A stretch of DNA of 61,015 nt, counting the filler, from Trypethelium eluteriae (taxonomy: Eukaryota), in NCBI GenBank assembly GCA_051942245.1. It is 4 parts of 4 records of this genome, joined end to end, with 100 filler letters (N's around TTAATTAATTAA, not from the genome) between each part and the next. Parts side by side here need not be neighbours in the genome. Positions count along the whole stretch, not along the records: positions 1 to 15,252 come from JAVECL010000655.1; 3 more parts are not named here. One strand, 5' to 3'. Positions 1 to 11,010 of this stretch are shown here, in pieces. Each line of letters begins with the position of its first letter. Within the stretch, counting starts at the first letter, position 1. The position numbers were made by a program, and so were the translations under genes. The notes below the pieces were generated by a model that saw only the letters and a list, made by a program, of their open reading frames with translations, ran no database searches and was not told the DNA's origin.

Positions 1-705
1 CGAACTCCTTGGGGGATGAACATCACAACTCGTCAATGGTTCCGCTTCCGCTTGGCTCGGTGGGCCGCAGCTACCGGTAGCGGCGCGGATTGGTCGATCT
101 CCGCGCCAACCTCCTGCCAAGACACGCTCACGCTTGTCGCCATCCGCTAGGGAAGGTGAATTCCTGAGCTACTTGGGGGAGGAGGCGCGGGGGCTGCAAC
201 TGTCCAACCGCTGCAGCAGCGGAGGCAGAGCACGACACAGAGCGGTAAACCAAGATGATAAGAAAGAAAGACATGCGTGGGAAGTTTAAGATACGGGATA
301 TGTGAGGGGACTTGCATTGAGCGCAGGAGGTCAGATCCGTTATTCCAACAGAAATGTCTTCCGGTAGGTTGTCGAGAAGTTGTAAGGAAAATTGGGCTGG
401 ATGCTAAAGGAATGGTATCACAATGGGGTATCCAAACTATGAAAAAGAGGGACTGCATGCTTTCGAAAACCAGAAATATAAGGTCGCGCAAAATGATGAG
501 AGCTAGGTGTCATCATCATATGGCATCATATTTTCCCCCGCTTCAAGAGGCAAAGAGCTCAATTGAGTCAAAAATGGGGTACCTCGTAACCATATTCGTA
601 AATTTGTGCAAAATGGGCCTCTTTCAAAACAAGACGACCTGGCGTGGCCGCAGCTGCGACGACAAACCTCACACAACAGGCGGAGGAGAGGTCAAAGCTA
701 GGGAC

Positions 706-3066
706 TCAGCGCGGGTCGGCAAAAGGATCCTCGACAGGTGATTTTTCGCCCAGGTATGGGGTAGTTGTAGCCAGATCAACATGTGAACTTTGACGAGGTG
801 GTGCAGGTCGAGTGGTCGCAACGCCAGATCTGACTTGACCGGATTTGATGTTGCCTGATTCGTCGTTCGGAACTGCCAGTTGATTAGGATTGAGCGGAGC
901 ACTTGCAGGTTGCGGAAACGGGCGTGGTGTCAGTGTATATGAAGCACCATGGAATCTATTGCCGGTATTGTCATGAGCTTCATACGGCGGAGCACTGACA
1001 TCTGTTGCATTCACGTTCACGGAAGGTGCGGTGGAGAAATTGTCCAATTCACGGGCCTTTTCGGAACCTGGCGCGGCGGGTTTTGGATCGTCATACGGTG
1101 GCTCGCGATAGGCAAGGTATTTCTCGACAAAGCTGGGCAGGACGAGGAGTAGAAGACATCGAAGAATTCCAATAAGTACGACGGCAATCCACATTCCCAC
1201 AAGTACCGAGCTAATTATGGCCTCAGTGCGCAGGCTATTGAGCATGGAATTGATGACATATGCAATAGCATCGGTGACGGCGTTTGAGGCCTGACTATTG
1301 CCTGGTGTGAGCAATGAGTCAGCAGAAGGTGCCGTATTGTTGCCGCTCGTTTCGGCCAGAGCGCCGATTGAAAAGGTATTGTTTGGAAACATTGGAAAAT
1401 CGACGTAAGCATTATCTTGGACCCAAGTAAGGCCCTTCTCGATGCCCCGGACTTTGAGAAGCACTAGACAGTTGAGCACGTCTAGGATTGGGGTGTAGAG
1501 AATGGTACCGCCAAAGGTCTCATTCAATACTTTCATTGTATCATCAACAAAGACATTGAGTGTGTTGTTGACCGCTGTTGTCGAGGTGTTGACCCATCCA
1601 AAGACGTCGTGATTAATCACGTTGCTGGTGTCGTTGATGATGCCATTCGCTCCGGCCGCCCATTGTTGCGAAGCGACGTCTAAAGAGTTCACCACGCTAT
1701 CGGCAAAAGTTCCAAGCTCATGTTCCAGTTTTGGCACCTCTTTGACAATAGTGCTGAGTAAGATGTACTGGCAGAGACTCGAGAAAAGGCCTGCAATTCC
1801 GAGGGAAAGAACGAAAAGTGCTGGGATGCTCGTTCCGTAGGCGATAGCCCAACGTATCAGTGTCTTAACGCGAGGGGAGCTGAATCGGTCGGCAATGCGT
1901 ATACCGGCTTCAGCGGTATACGGACGTGAGCAAATGTAGACAGCGTCCATTGGATCGCGCACTTCTCGGCTAATTAGTTGTGCTCGATGTCGTTGAGTGC
2001 GCCACTGCCGGAGTTCACGATATGCCATAGGTATGCAAGCCAATATCGCAAAGATGATGAGAACAACCATGAAGATTTTCCGGGCTAGTCGCACAATGCC
2101 TATCAAGTCCTCGAAGAATTCATTGACCCCACTGTTCGCACCACAAAAGGATAGCGATTTTTTGTCCGGGACGGGGAACAATGAGCGATTCGTTGAATAC
2201 TTTGGCAGGGATTCATTAATCAGCTTCTTGACTTCTTCAAAAGGAAACTTGATTGCGTTGTTCGTGAAATTGTTGACGTCTGAAAAAGTCGGAATCGAGT
2301 TGTTGAGCTTTGTGAGACCTTCGTCTAGTCCCGATGGTAGTTGTAGATTATTGAGAGCATTGATGGATGAGTTGACATCGAGCGTGGGAATTGAAGAGTG
2401 ACTTCCGAAGGCTTGTCCAACCTTGTTCAAGCCGTCAACGAATGTGTCGAGGCCCTTCTCAAAATCCGCGATACCGTTTTCGATGTCGTGGCCAATGCCC
2501 TTCAGTGTGGAATTCAAGAAATTTGATGCATCTTCGATCACGCCGAGGGCAACGTGAAGACTTCCGCCAATTGCCAAGGTGAGAAGACAGAGGTATGTCG
2601 ATGTCAGAAGATTAATGACAAAGACGACGATCTCTTCAACACCAGTGATAGTCATAAGGAGCATTGACATGAGTCCGTTGACTGCTTTATCGATGCCATC
2701 AGCGGCTAGTACATTGACGCCCTGGGCCATGTAGTGAGGCATGCTTGCTAAGGAGCTGCCAGCGCCTTGAACACCTGTGCATGCCGAGAGAGCTTCCCTC
2801 TGGGCGGATCCAAGGCCACTATTAAGACTGGCACACGCAATGAGCATTCGTACAAGAACGAGAAGTAATAAAACGGTCCACTTGTTGATCCATGTTTGAG
2901 AGAGTCGTGCTCGAAGGCCGAGATATGGGGTGAGGTATGGGTCTTGGTTTACTGTCGGTCGCGATGCGTCCTGCGCAGCGTAGTAGTCTCGCATCTCATG
3001 GTCGCCAGCGGAGAGAGATGGAGGCGCGGCCGGAAAGGTGTGCTGTTGGTAGTCCGTAGAGGACAT
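706..3066 (-). CDS. PRM1: Plasma membrane fusion protein Prm1 (pheromone-regulated multispanning membrane protein)
   Basis: Intronless ORF; first in-frame ATG at 3066 (MSSTDYQQH...). Contains the Prm1-type N-terminal motif PYLTPYLGLRARLSQTWINKWTVLLLLVL, several transmembrane segments and N-glycosylation-rich luminal loops. Confidence 0.92.
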   Translation of the reverse strand: MSSTDYQQHTFPAAPPSLSAGDHEMRDYYAAQDASRPTVNQDPYLTPYLGLRARLSQTWINKWTVLLLLVLVRMLIACASLNSGLGSAQREALSACTGVQGAGSSLASMPHYMAQGVNVLAADGIDKAVNGLMSMLLMTITGVEEIVVFVINLLTSTYLCLLTLAIGGSLHVALGVIEDASNFLNSTLKGIGHDIENGIADFEKGLDTFVDGLNKVGQAFGSHSSIPTLDVNSSINALNNLQLPSGLDEGLTKLNNSIPTFSDVNNFTNNAIKFPFEEVKKLINESLPKYSTNRSLFPVPDKKSLSFCGANSGVNEFFEDLIGIVRLARKIFMVVLIIFAILACIPMAYRELRQWRTQRHRAQLISREVRDPMDAVYICSRPYTAEAGIRIADRFSSPRVKTLIRWAIAYGTSIPALFVLSLGIAGLFSSLCQYILLSTIVKEVPKLEHELGTFADSVVNSLDVASQQWAAGANGIINDTSNVINHDVFGWVNTSTTAVNNTLNVFVDDTMKVLNETFGGTILYTPILDVLNCLVLLKVRGIEKGLTWVQDNAYVDFPMFPNNTFSIGALAETSGNNTAPSADSLLTPGNSQASNAVTDAIAYVINSMLNSLRTEAIISSVLVGMWIAVVLIGILRCLLLLVLPSFVEKYLAYREPPYDDPKPAAPGSEKARELDNFSTAPSVNVNATDVSAPPYEAHDNTGNRFHGASYTLTPRPFPQPASAPLNPNQLAVPNDESGNIKSGQVRSGVATTRPAPPRQSSHVDLATTTPYLGEKSPVEDPFADPR

Positions 3067-3414
3067 GAAGATTAGGAGGAGGTTGCGCGAGGGCGCGGTC
3101 CTGTACAAATCGAGATTCAGTCTAGGCCAGCAAGAACCGTCTTGATTGCGAAATTGGTTGGGGGGAAGAGTAAGAGTACAATGGAAGAGCAAAGTGCCTC
3201 AACGCCGATACCAATTAAAAAGAACATTAACAGTTCCGAATGAAAAAACAGTGAACTAGCAAGATGCAGGAAGGATGCATGGCAGCAAACGTGATTGTTG
3301 TGAGTGGGGCGATGGGGGCATTAATGAGAGGTATGGTAGAATAAGGTCATGGACAATAGAAAATGGCGGCGGAAGCGTACCTAGGAACCGCGCAGCCTGC
3401 CACACGACCTCATT

Positions 3415-3421
3415 TGAAACA
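3415..3421. promoter_or_regulatory. Candidate Ste12 pheromone-response element (TGAAACA) upstream of PRM1
   Basis: Perfect TGAAACA about 350 bp upstream of the PRM1 ATG, plus a near-match (CGAAACA, minus strand) at 3666-3672. PRM1 is a known Ste12 target in yeast. A 7-mer can occur by chance. Confidence 0.35.
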
Positions 3422-5982
3422 AAGAAGTTTCCCCGAAAGAGAGACCCCTCTTTGAGCCAGTCATTCATGTCTCTACCCAGGAGACTGAGGCTGCTTTGTT
3501 AAGGTCATAGGGCTACGCGCTGGCGGAAAGCCGACCATGACTTCTTGGCCAATCAATGCCCTTTAGTCTAGACGGAAGGAAACAACCGATTTATCAGAGG
3601 AGGTAAACCGGCAAAAATAGACTTGGTTCCTCTTCAGTCCTTTTGATGGCTGGTTCCGACAAGTCTGTTTCGATCTGACTAGTCTGGTCCGGTCAATGAA
3701 AGGGCTTCTCAATATCATGACCGTGATCGTGTCGGACCTGATCACGGGTCGGCTCTCCTACGGCTTCGCGCCCGACTTGCGGCTTCACAGACGATGATGA
3801 AAAGGGATATCATCTTCTGTTGCTTGTCAGTAACCGCAAGGGAGCGCCGCTGCGTGTGGTCGGTATGGGTGAGGAGAGGAAGCACACGCAGGTGTCGATG
3901 GCAGCGCCCGAATTCTTGGATGATGGCGACGAAGCAGGTTTTATGGGCGGATCACGATGGCACGCGAATCTGGCCGTTCCTGCCACTTTAGGCCCATGAC
4001 GATCGGCGGCGCGTGATGATTGGTCGGACTTGGGTGGCGTCGACCAACGCTTTGGCACGCTCTTCCTCCAAGTTTAATTAGACGTCACCGCTTCCCAGTG
4101 TCAGAACGGTTGCGCCGCAACAATTTGGCTCCTGCTCACCGTCTTTCGCTCTCCCTGGTTCGCTGTGGAAAGGCACTGTCTCTATCTGGGCTCTTTCTCC
4201 TGGCTCTTCAATGGAACGCTTTTCTCGAGGCTGAGCATGAAATTCTGGTGACAAGTACCGAATGAAGGAACAGGAATATAAAGAGATATCGAACGCAGAG
4301 GGCGACTAAAACGATATGCGTTCTCCTACCGGCGCAAATCTTGCCATCATTCGCATCTCTCGGGCCTGCTCGTTCATGAATCGATGGATCCATGGACGGT
4401 AGCTTTCGTACCTTGGAAGAGGGGTGGCTACCTTCTGTTTCCTATCGGAACTTCCAACGAGGCACTCAAGACCACCACAGGGAAATTTGGGGAAGGTCGG
4501 AAGAATGTTTCCTCATCACTCTTTCGAACCTCTCTGGGTTCTGCTAGCGTTCATACGTTGTTAGGGTTGTAAGTGACTGTAGAGCTCCCTTGGTCTGACC
4601 AGGGGTATGTTGATGCCACCGAAAAGCGTACTGCTCCTCACAGATAGTATTTGGATCGATTTCTTAGCATTCTTAGAATCGCGGTGCAAGATTTCCTGCT
4701 CTATCTGCTAATGTGCAATCCTTGCTTGACCTCAATTCGTACAGCTGCGGCCTTCCTCGAAAGCACTCACTAACAGGCTGGTCTATTGTCGCGAACTGAA
4801 AGTCCATTGGAACTGCTGCAATTCTGCGACATCTGAGTTGCCCCTGTCAACTTGAAAGTCACCTTTCTGGGCGCTGCATAGTTCCAATGGGGCATTGCAT
4901 CGCCATGGATGGAGCGCAGCAGCTCCGAGCATGACATGTCCGCTATTGGTCCAGGCTATGAAGATCCACGGCTTCCAGCAACAATGACAGGAGTGGAATC
5001 CTGGAGAGCTCGCAACCTCACAATAATCCACCCTCGCGCTCTTGACCTGGCTTTCCATTGACACCGAGCCCGTCTGACGTTCTCACAGAGAGAGAAAGCA
5101 CAGACACTTGTGTGACACGCGGAGCATTTTCCTAATCGAGATCATCGATCAGATGTTCGCCCTCAGGGAATCTACACGGCCTCAGATGGTCTTGTCCTGC
5201 TTCAAAAAGCCCCCACGTGAAATCACCCTGTGGTGTCAGATGCCTCGCACAAGCATGCATTTATGACGATGACAGAGTGCAGAATCTTGTCCTGGTAAAG
5301 AAGAGGACGTCCCTCTATTCAACCCGTTCAGTGAATATCTTATTGACCAGAAACCGCTATTGTTCTCCACAACCCGGGATACCAGCTTGGGGCAATGCTC
5401 AGGCAGGGTTGAAATCTACGGCAAATTCCATCCTATAGTAACCTTTCGCTTTTATCAACCTTCTATCGAGCGATCCACTGTGCGTTGTCACTCTCGTGCT
5501 TGATCCAGCAGCACCTCTTTCTTTGCAGGTCCAGCAAAGCTTTCCTCTTTCTTTCCGACAGTTCATGTCTCGACAGCAGTTGAAACAATTTTGGGACGAG
5601 ACACCAGTCGCTCGTAAGTACCGAATCTAATTTCTACCTCATGAGTGCTGGATCTTGCTACAGCACGATACGACATATTGACATACCTTCAGATTTGACC
5701 AATCGCCTGCGCTGACACGGAATTTCATTCGCTTGATTCTCTTGTCGAATACTCGAGCGCATGAGAGGTAGCAGAAGGAGGCCTTTCGTTGCATGCGGGG
5801 ACGAGTTGCCTATAGGCATCTCTGTTACTCACTTTCTGACACGACTTGCCTCCTCAACCCTTTGGCCTCCTTAATCCTCCCCGCTCCGACCAAATACCCG
5901 GTGAACTCCAACCAAAGACCTCGATCATCAAAAAGTCTTTCTGTCATTCCGAGTGCTTCGACATCGCCCTTCTCTATTCGCC

Positions 5983-6627
5983 ATGTCGCACACTTACACC
6001 AAAAAATGGCACTCTGAAGAGTTCACAGCCAATCGACAATGGACGGCCGAGATGAAGTCCTTCAACACTAGGTTTCCGGATACACCTTTCAAACCAGCTA
6101 GCCGCGTGGCATTTCTAGAAGACACTCGCAAGTATGCGCAGGCGAAGGCCTCGGTCGCTGCAAGGAAAGCAGCAAGCACTTGCGAGTGGCAATTGTTTTC
6201 GAAGCCAAGGCTAACACCGTACAACGGAACGGTGTTCAAAGGCCATCATCCCTGTCCTCGTGGCCCCGTCCTGAGCGAATTCACCGTTTGGATACCGATG
6301 GAGTGGTACCCCGACTTCGAAGCCATAGCCCCTTGGCCTACGCTCGAGCAACAGAAGTACGAGGGTGATGATCGCGTCAACTCCAAGAGTGGAAGGAGCT
6401 TTGGCCGTTTTCTTGCGCTTCCAAGGCTCCCGAGCAACAATCCCACTGTTGCATGGACAATGTGGAATGTAGTGCCGTTCCAACCTTTCGATATGGTCGG
6501 GCCAATACCGACTGGTTACGACCTTTACATGCCTGATCAGAACGACATGCCCGAACTCGAGATCCCGGACCACCTCAATAGCGAGTTGCTGAAGGCTATT
6601 GAAGAAGCGAGCCAGATAGACTGCTGA
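5983..6627 (+). CDS. Fungal hypothetical protein
   Basis: 214-aa ORF from ATG 5983 with a folded-looking core (WPTLEQQKYEGDDR...FGRFLALPRLP...W...PFD) that resembles uncharacterised Pezizomycotina proteins. True start uncertain. Confidence 0.65.
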   Translation: MSHTYTKKWHSEEFTANRQWTAEMKSFNTRFPDTPFKPASRVAFLEDTRKYAQAKASVAARKAASTCEWQLFSKPRLTPYNGTVFKGHHPCPRGPVLSEFTVWIPMEWYPDFEAIAPWPTLEQQKYEGDDRVNSKSGRSFGRFLALPRLPSNNPTVAWTMWNVVPFQPFDMVGPIPTGYDLYMPDQNDMPELEIPDHLNSELLKAIEEASQIDC

Positions 6628-7662
6628 ACCGAATTCTATAACGTAGGAATTGGCGAGAGGGCCCTACGTCTCGAACCTTGTTTGCGATAGGATCAAATGT
6701 TGAAAAGGGGGAGCGTGAAAAGAAGAAAGTTTAATCGTATTGTGACGGGGAATACCACATAAGGAGAAAATTGGAGAAGGCGCGCCTCGTGGTAGCGCTT
6801 TGTTCAAAGATACGCCTTTATGATATTGCGGTGCGGGAGTCTAGATACCACGGAGAGTTGACCTCGTCCGAGCGTGACATCTTTATTACACGTGTCCACA
6901 TTTGGTACTTCCACCTTCACTTGCCATATCACGATTGTGCGCTCCCCATGGAGCCCTTCTTTTCGGATCATACAGCCTTCCCGAAGATCTTTCTTTCTTT
7001 GAAAATTATTGATCTCTAAACTTGTGTTCAATTTGAGCTATACCGCCATGAAGAGGTTCAAGGGAGAGTTTGTGCAGGGGTTTAGTCGACGATTGCGAGC
7101 CAAGTTGCCTAAGGTCAAGAAGCTAAGCAGGTGAACAATCATGGCTGGCACCAGGTTGCCTCTAGGCAACTCGATCTCGGGGAAGGAAGGAAATGAGCTT
7201 AGCATGCCTATAAAATTTTCCAATTTTCCGGTGTTCGATGACTGATACTCTGGCCCTGCTCTGAACATCTACTTCCCGTTTATCTGACGGATCTAGTAAA
7301 TGAATTCAATAGCTTGACATATTCTCCCCCTGAAAATCTATGAAGTCCCCTTTTTTCTTATTTAGTAGATTTTGTAAAGCGAGTTCTCTGAAGTGGTTAC
7401 TGTCACGCATCTGGCTTCAATGCACGGGCAACTCCGACGTAGCCACACGGACACCAATGCATTAAGTTCTCCCTGCGCGTGCTTCAATGAGTTAACGTTG
7501 CGAATTTTGCTATGATAATTGCGTCCCGATCAGGCCCAGACTCCCAGTATGGCGCATTTGCAAGTCTCATCCGATCTTCCAACCCCAAAACTCCAAATTT
7601 CTTGAAACAGTTAAGGCCGTTAGAAGAGGCGGCATCCCCAAACGCCGGAAAAGCCACTGAAT

Positions 7663-10463
7663 CTAAAACCCTACAGCCCACATGAGCCCGTATCCGATTG
7701 TAGTAATGACGATAAACACAATTATTGAGCTTGGAACCCCGCGCGTAATAAAGTCCTTGACCCTTAAATACCTTTTACCAGTCTGGGAATCTTCCATCAT
7801 GATCGCCGCTGTAAAATACCAATCAGTCTCACGGTTGAAGATCGAGAATAAGGCATGACTCACTCATATTTGGGAATCCAGAGGTCGGAAGACCCATGGC
7901 TCCACTAGCCATTAAGACGCTCCCCATGACCAATAAATTCGGGTGCGGCTCGCTCATGCCCTGCCCAACAGATTGTACAAGCGGCAAAATGATGAGTGCT
8001 GCCACTGTGTGGCTGATGAATGTTGCAACGACCAATATCAGCGCCGCAAACACTACCAGTACACCATACAGGCTGAAACTCTCGACTTTCGCTGTGATTT
8101 CTCCAGCAATCGTGTGTAGTAACCCTGATGAATTTACGGATTTACCAAGAGCCAGACCTCCTGCTGCTAGAATGATGATGGTCCATAGGAAGTTGTTGAA
8201 GTCCTCCTTCGTTAATATGCCTGTGCCAAAGAACAACACCAAGGGAATGAGAGCAATGACCCCCATGTCCCCAAATACGCCTTGCAGCTGATGGCTAACA
8301 CACCACAGGCCAATCGTCGCGAGCGTAACGCCACTTATGAACCATTGCGTGCCAGTCATCCTATCCTTCATCGCCTTGATCGGAACAATCGAAGTGCCGC
8401 GCCCAGGCCGAAATGTCACCAGAAGTAGCAACCAGATCGCTAAAATGGAGATGATGCACACAGGAAGCGCAACGAAGAACCAAACGCCCCATCCAGGCTG
8501 AGGGTGCATATTCTGTAGCGCGATGAGGTTCTGTGGGCTTGCGATTGGGCTGGCAGCACCTCCAATATTACTGCTGAGTGCGATGCCCATGATGAGAGCC
8601 TTACTCATGTCACTCTCTCCTGGCAGGTTGCGCAAGATAGGCTGAACGATGCTGTAGCATAGCACCGGGGCCGCCACGTTGGATATCCACATGCTAGCGA
8701 AGCAGGCGACGAACATGGTCGTGACGAGGACGGTGCGGGGCCGTGTCCCTGCTTTGGAAAGGACGAAAGTTGCCATCATCTTCGCAATATTGTATTTGGA
8801 CAGGGCAGCTGCGATAGTGAAGCCGCCGAGCAGAAGCATGATGACCGGTGTCCACATTGCGGCAAGAACATAATCTGCGGCATGCTTAGAGGACATGCGC
8901 GTGTGGGGGCGTTCATCAGTGCGGACGACGCGGAGGACGACGGCGAGGAAGGGGACGAGGAGAGAAGTGACAAAGAGAGGTATAGCCTAGAAGCCGGATT
9001 AGCTCCATTCGACTCAAAATATTGGATTCGCAGATAGATAGGAAGGAAATCCCATACCTCAGTCGCCCAAAGCAGGCTAACAAACACCACCATCGCGAGA
9101 CAATTCTGCTGCTCCGGTCTTTTCATAATGGGTACATACAGCAGAACCAAAAACACCACAAGCGACAGCAACAGCGTGTAAAACGCCGTATCAAATACCC
9201 AAGCCGGCAGCCTGTAACGTCCCACAGGCGTGTGGATCTCCTTTTTCGAGGGCGCCTCATCGCCCTGCAACCGATCCGCCTCCACGCCCCCGAGCATCGT
9301 CTGTCGCACTCCCATATTCGCCGCCTGCGCCTTCCGCTCGATCCCAATCATCTCACGCCACACCGTATTCCGATCCCAGACCACATGCTCGCGCAGATGC
9401 AGGCGCAGCTCCTGCTTCGCCGCCTGCATATCGCCCTTGGTCACCACGTCCGCATACACCTGCTCCAGCTTCGCCACGTTCTCGTTCAGCCGCTGCATCG
9501 TCGCCGGCTGGAACGGCTGGGCGGGCGCGACGTGGTCCTCGATGTAGCGCGCCTTGAGGCTCCGGTCGAGGATCTTGTCGTACTTCTTCAGCACTTTCGC
9601 GAAGCCCGTGCGGTTGAGCTGGATGAAGGACTTGAGCTCGCAGACCGAGACGTACAGGCTGATGGCGCGCTTCTTGAGCGTGATGCCGGTGTCGAAGAGG
9701 GCGGACAGCGTTTGCTCGTTGTAGTCCTCGTAGGCCTGGCTTGTGCGGCGGCGCGACAATAGCTCTGTGGAGCTTTGTAGGTCCTCCCCTACTCGGCTGG
9801 CACGTCGACGGGAAAGGAGCTCGGAGGAGCTACGCATGTCCTCGTGCTGGTGGTTGCTTCCGTTGCCATTGGGATTCCGAGACTTGGTCTTGCGGAGCGC
9901 GGAACGTTCGTTGGTGGCGTTGTCGTCGTCGCTGTCGTCGTCCTCGTCTTCTTCGCGAAGATAGGCGCTGGCAGTGCTGCCTCGTCGGCGGCTGCCTTTT
10001 AGGGAGAAGGCGTTGAGGAGACTATTCATACGTTGACGCCCCTTTGAGCCGCGACTCCCGGGAGGGCCGTCGAGAACGTCAGACTCCAGCATGTCTTGTC
10101 CCTCCTCATAGTTCTCCTCATCTTTCAAGAGCCCGTCGAGTTCACCGTAGATTTCTAATTCTTTAAGCTGGTAGAACGAACATATTTTCTCCAACTCTTT
10201 CTCTAAAGCGGCAATGAATACCTTGTCCGGATCATCCGTAGAGCTTTCGAGGAGGGGCGAGGCCTCGGCGTCTGTAGTGGTGTCATGCCTTTGATGTATT
10301 TGTTTTTCTAAAGAATATATGCTGGTTATGCCAGTCAGCCATGCGTATACAAAGCTTTGCATTAGCGAAAGTAGACTCACAGCTTCTTGAGGTTGCTATA
10401 GGCGATGTAGTGGCTGCTCCAATCCGGCACTGCATTGAACTGAATGCTGTGGGAGAACTTCAT
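7663..10463 (-). CDS. SPX-domain low-affinity phosphate transporter (Pho87/Pho90/Pho91 family, SLC13-type permease)
   Basis: Exons 10463-10381, 10321-9058, 8986-7864, 7808-7663 with GT..AG introns. Starts MKFSHSIQFNAVPDWSSHYIAYSNLKKL (SPX), has LNRTGFAKVLKKYDK, and permease motifs SMWISNVAAP, PIASPQN and LPTSGFPNMTA. Confidence 0.95.
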
Positions 10464-10576
10464 CTCGTATTCCTCAAGCAGCCTCTTGTACTTCTCTTCT
10501 CGCGCAAGTTGGCGCCTGTCTTGACTGCGAGAGGATAGCCTGTTGGCTGCTCTGGGTCCGGGGAGGGAGGCTAATT

Positions 10577-10690
10577 CTATGTCATCTCCAAAAGTAGTGG
10601 GCAGCGTATTCGTTCTGCCTTCCAGCGTGGCTTTTTGCTGAGGACCGCTGTGGACGTCGGAGAGTGGGATGGCGCGGGATAGGTTGGCAT
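10577..10690 (-). other. uORF (37 aa, MPTYPAPSHSPTSTAVLSKKPRWKAERIRCPLLLEMT) in the phosphate transporter leader
   Basis: ATG at 10690, TAG at 10579-10577, ending 113 nt upstream of the main ATG and out of frame with it. Whether it lies within the transcript is not shown. Confidence 0.35.
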
Positions 10691-11010
10691 TTCAAGGCGA
10701 AGTGGTGCGCGTTCTTGGTCACAGTTCCCCGTCCAAAATGGTTCGCTACTGCAGCTACATTTGACGGCGTGACGGCTGTTTGTCTTGATTGGAGATCAAG
10801 GGCACCGCTGTCAGTGACCTGCTGTGGCATCCCCGACGAAGCGGATCGTCATCTGCACAGATACACAGGGTCAGCAAGGAAGCTCTACCCACCTGACAAC
10901 AACTTTCACCCCGACTCCCAGGTGTCGCATACGGCAGCTGACTGGTCCTTCGAATGACAGAGCCATGATTTTGCAGCATCTCAGAAACCTGCGACCGTCC
11001 ATAAGGCAGC

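Noticed and set aside
1..705. Short ORFs at 147-491 and 277-741
   Set aside because: No recognisable motifs or codon pattern; likely UTR or intergenic sequence.
3794..4030. ATGATGA/GTGATGA motifs as box C/D snoRNAs
   Set aside because: No convincing paired D box, terminal stem or recognisable rRNA-antisense element.
4569..4610. Stwintron or 2-nt microexon (GTAAGT...CTGACCAG-GG-GTATGT)
   Set aside because: The inner intron would be only 34 nt and its removal does not rebuild a new donor; unsupported without cDNA.
8776..9057. Overlapping ORFs in the phosphate transporter
   Set aside because: Explained by the intron at 9057-8987.
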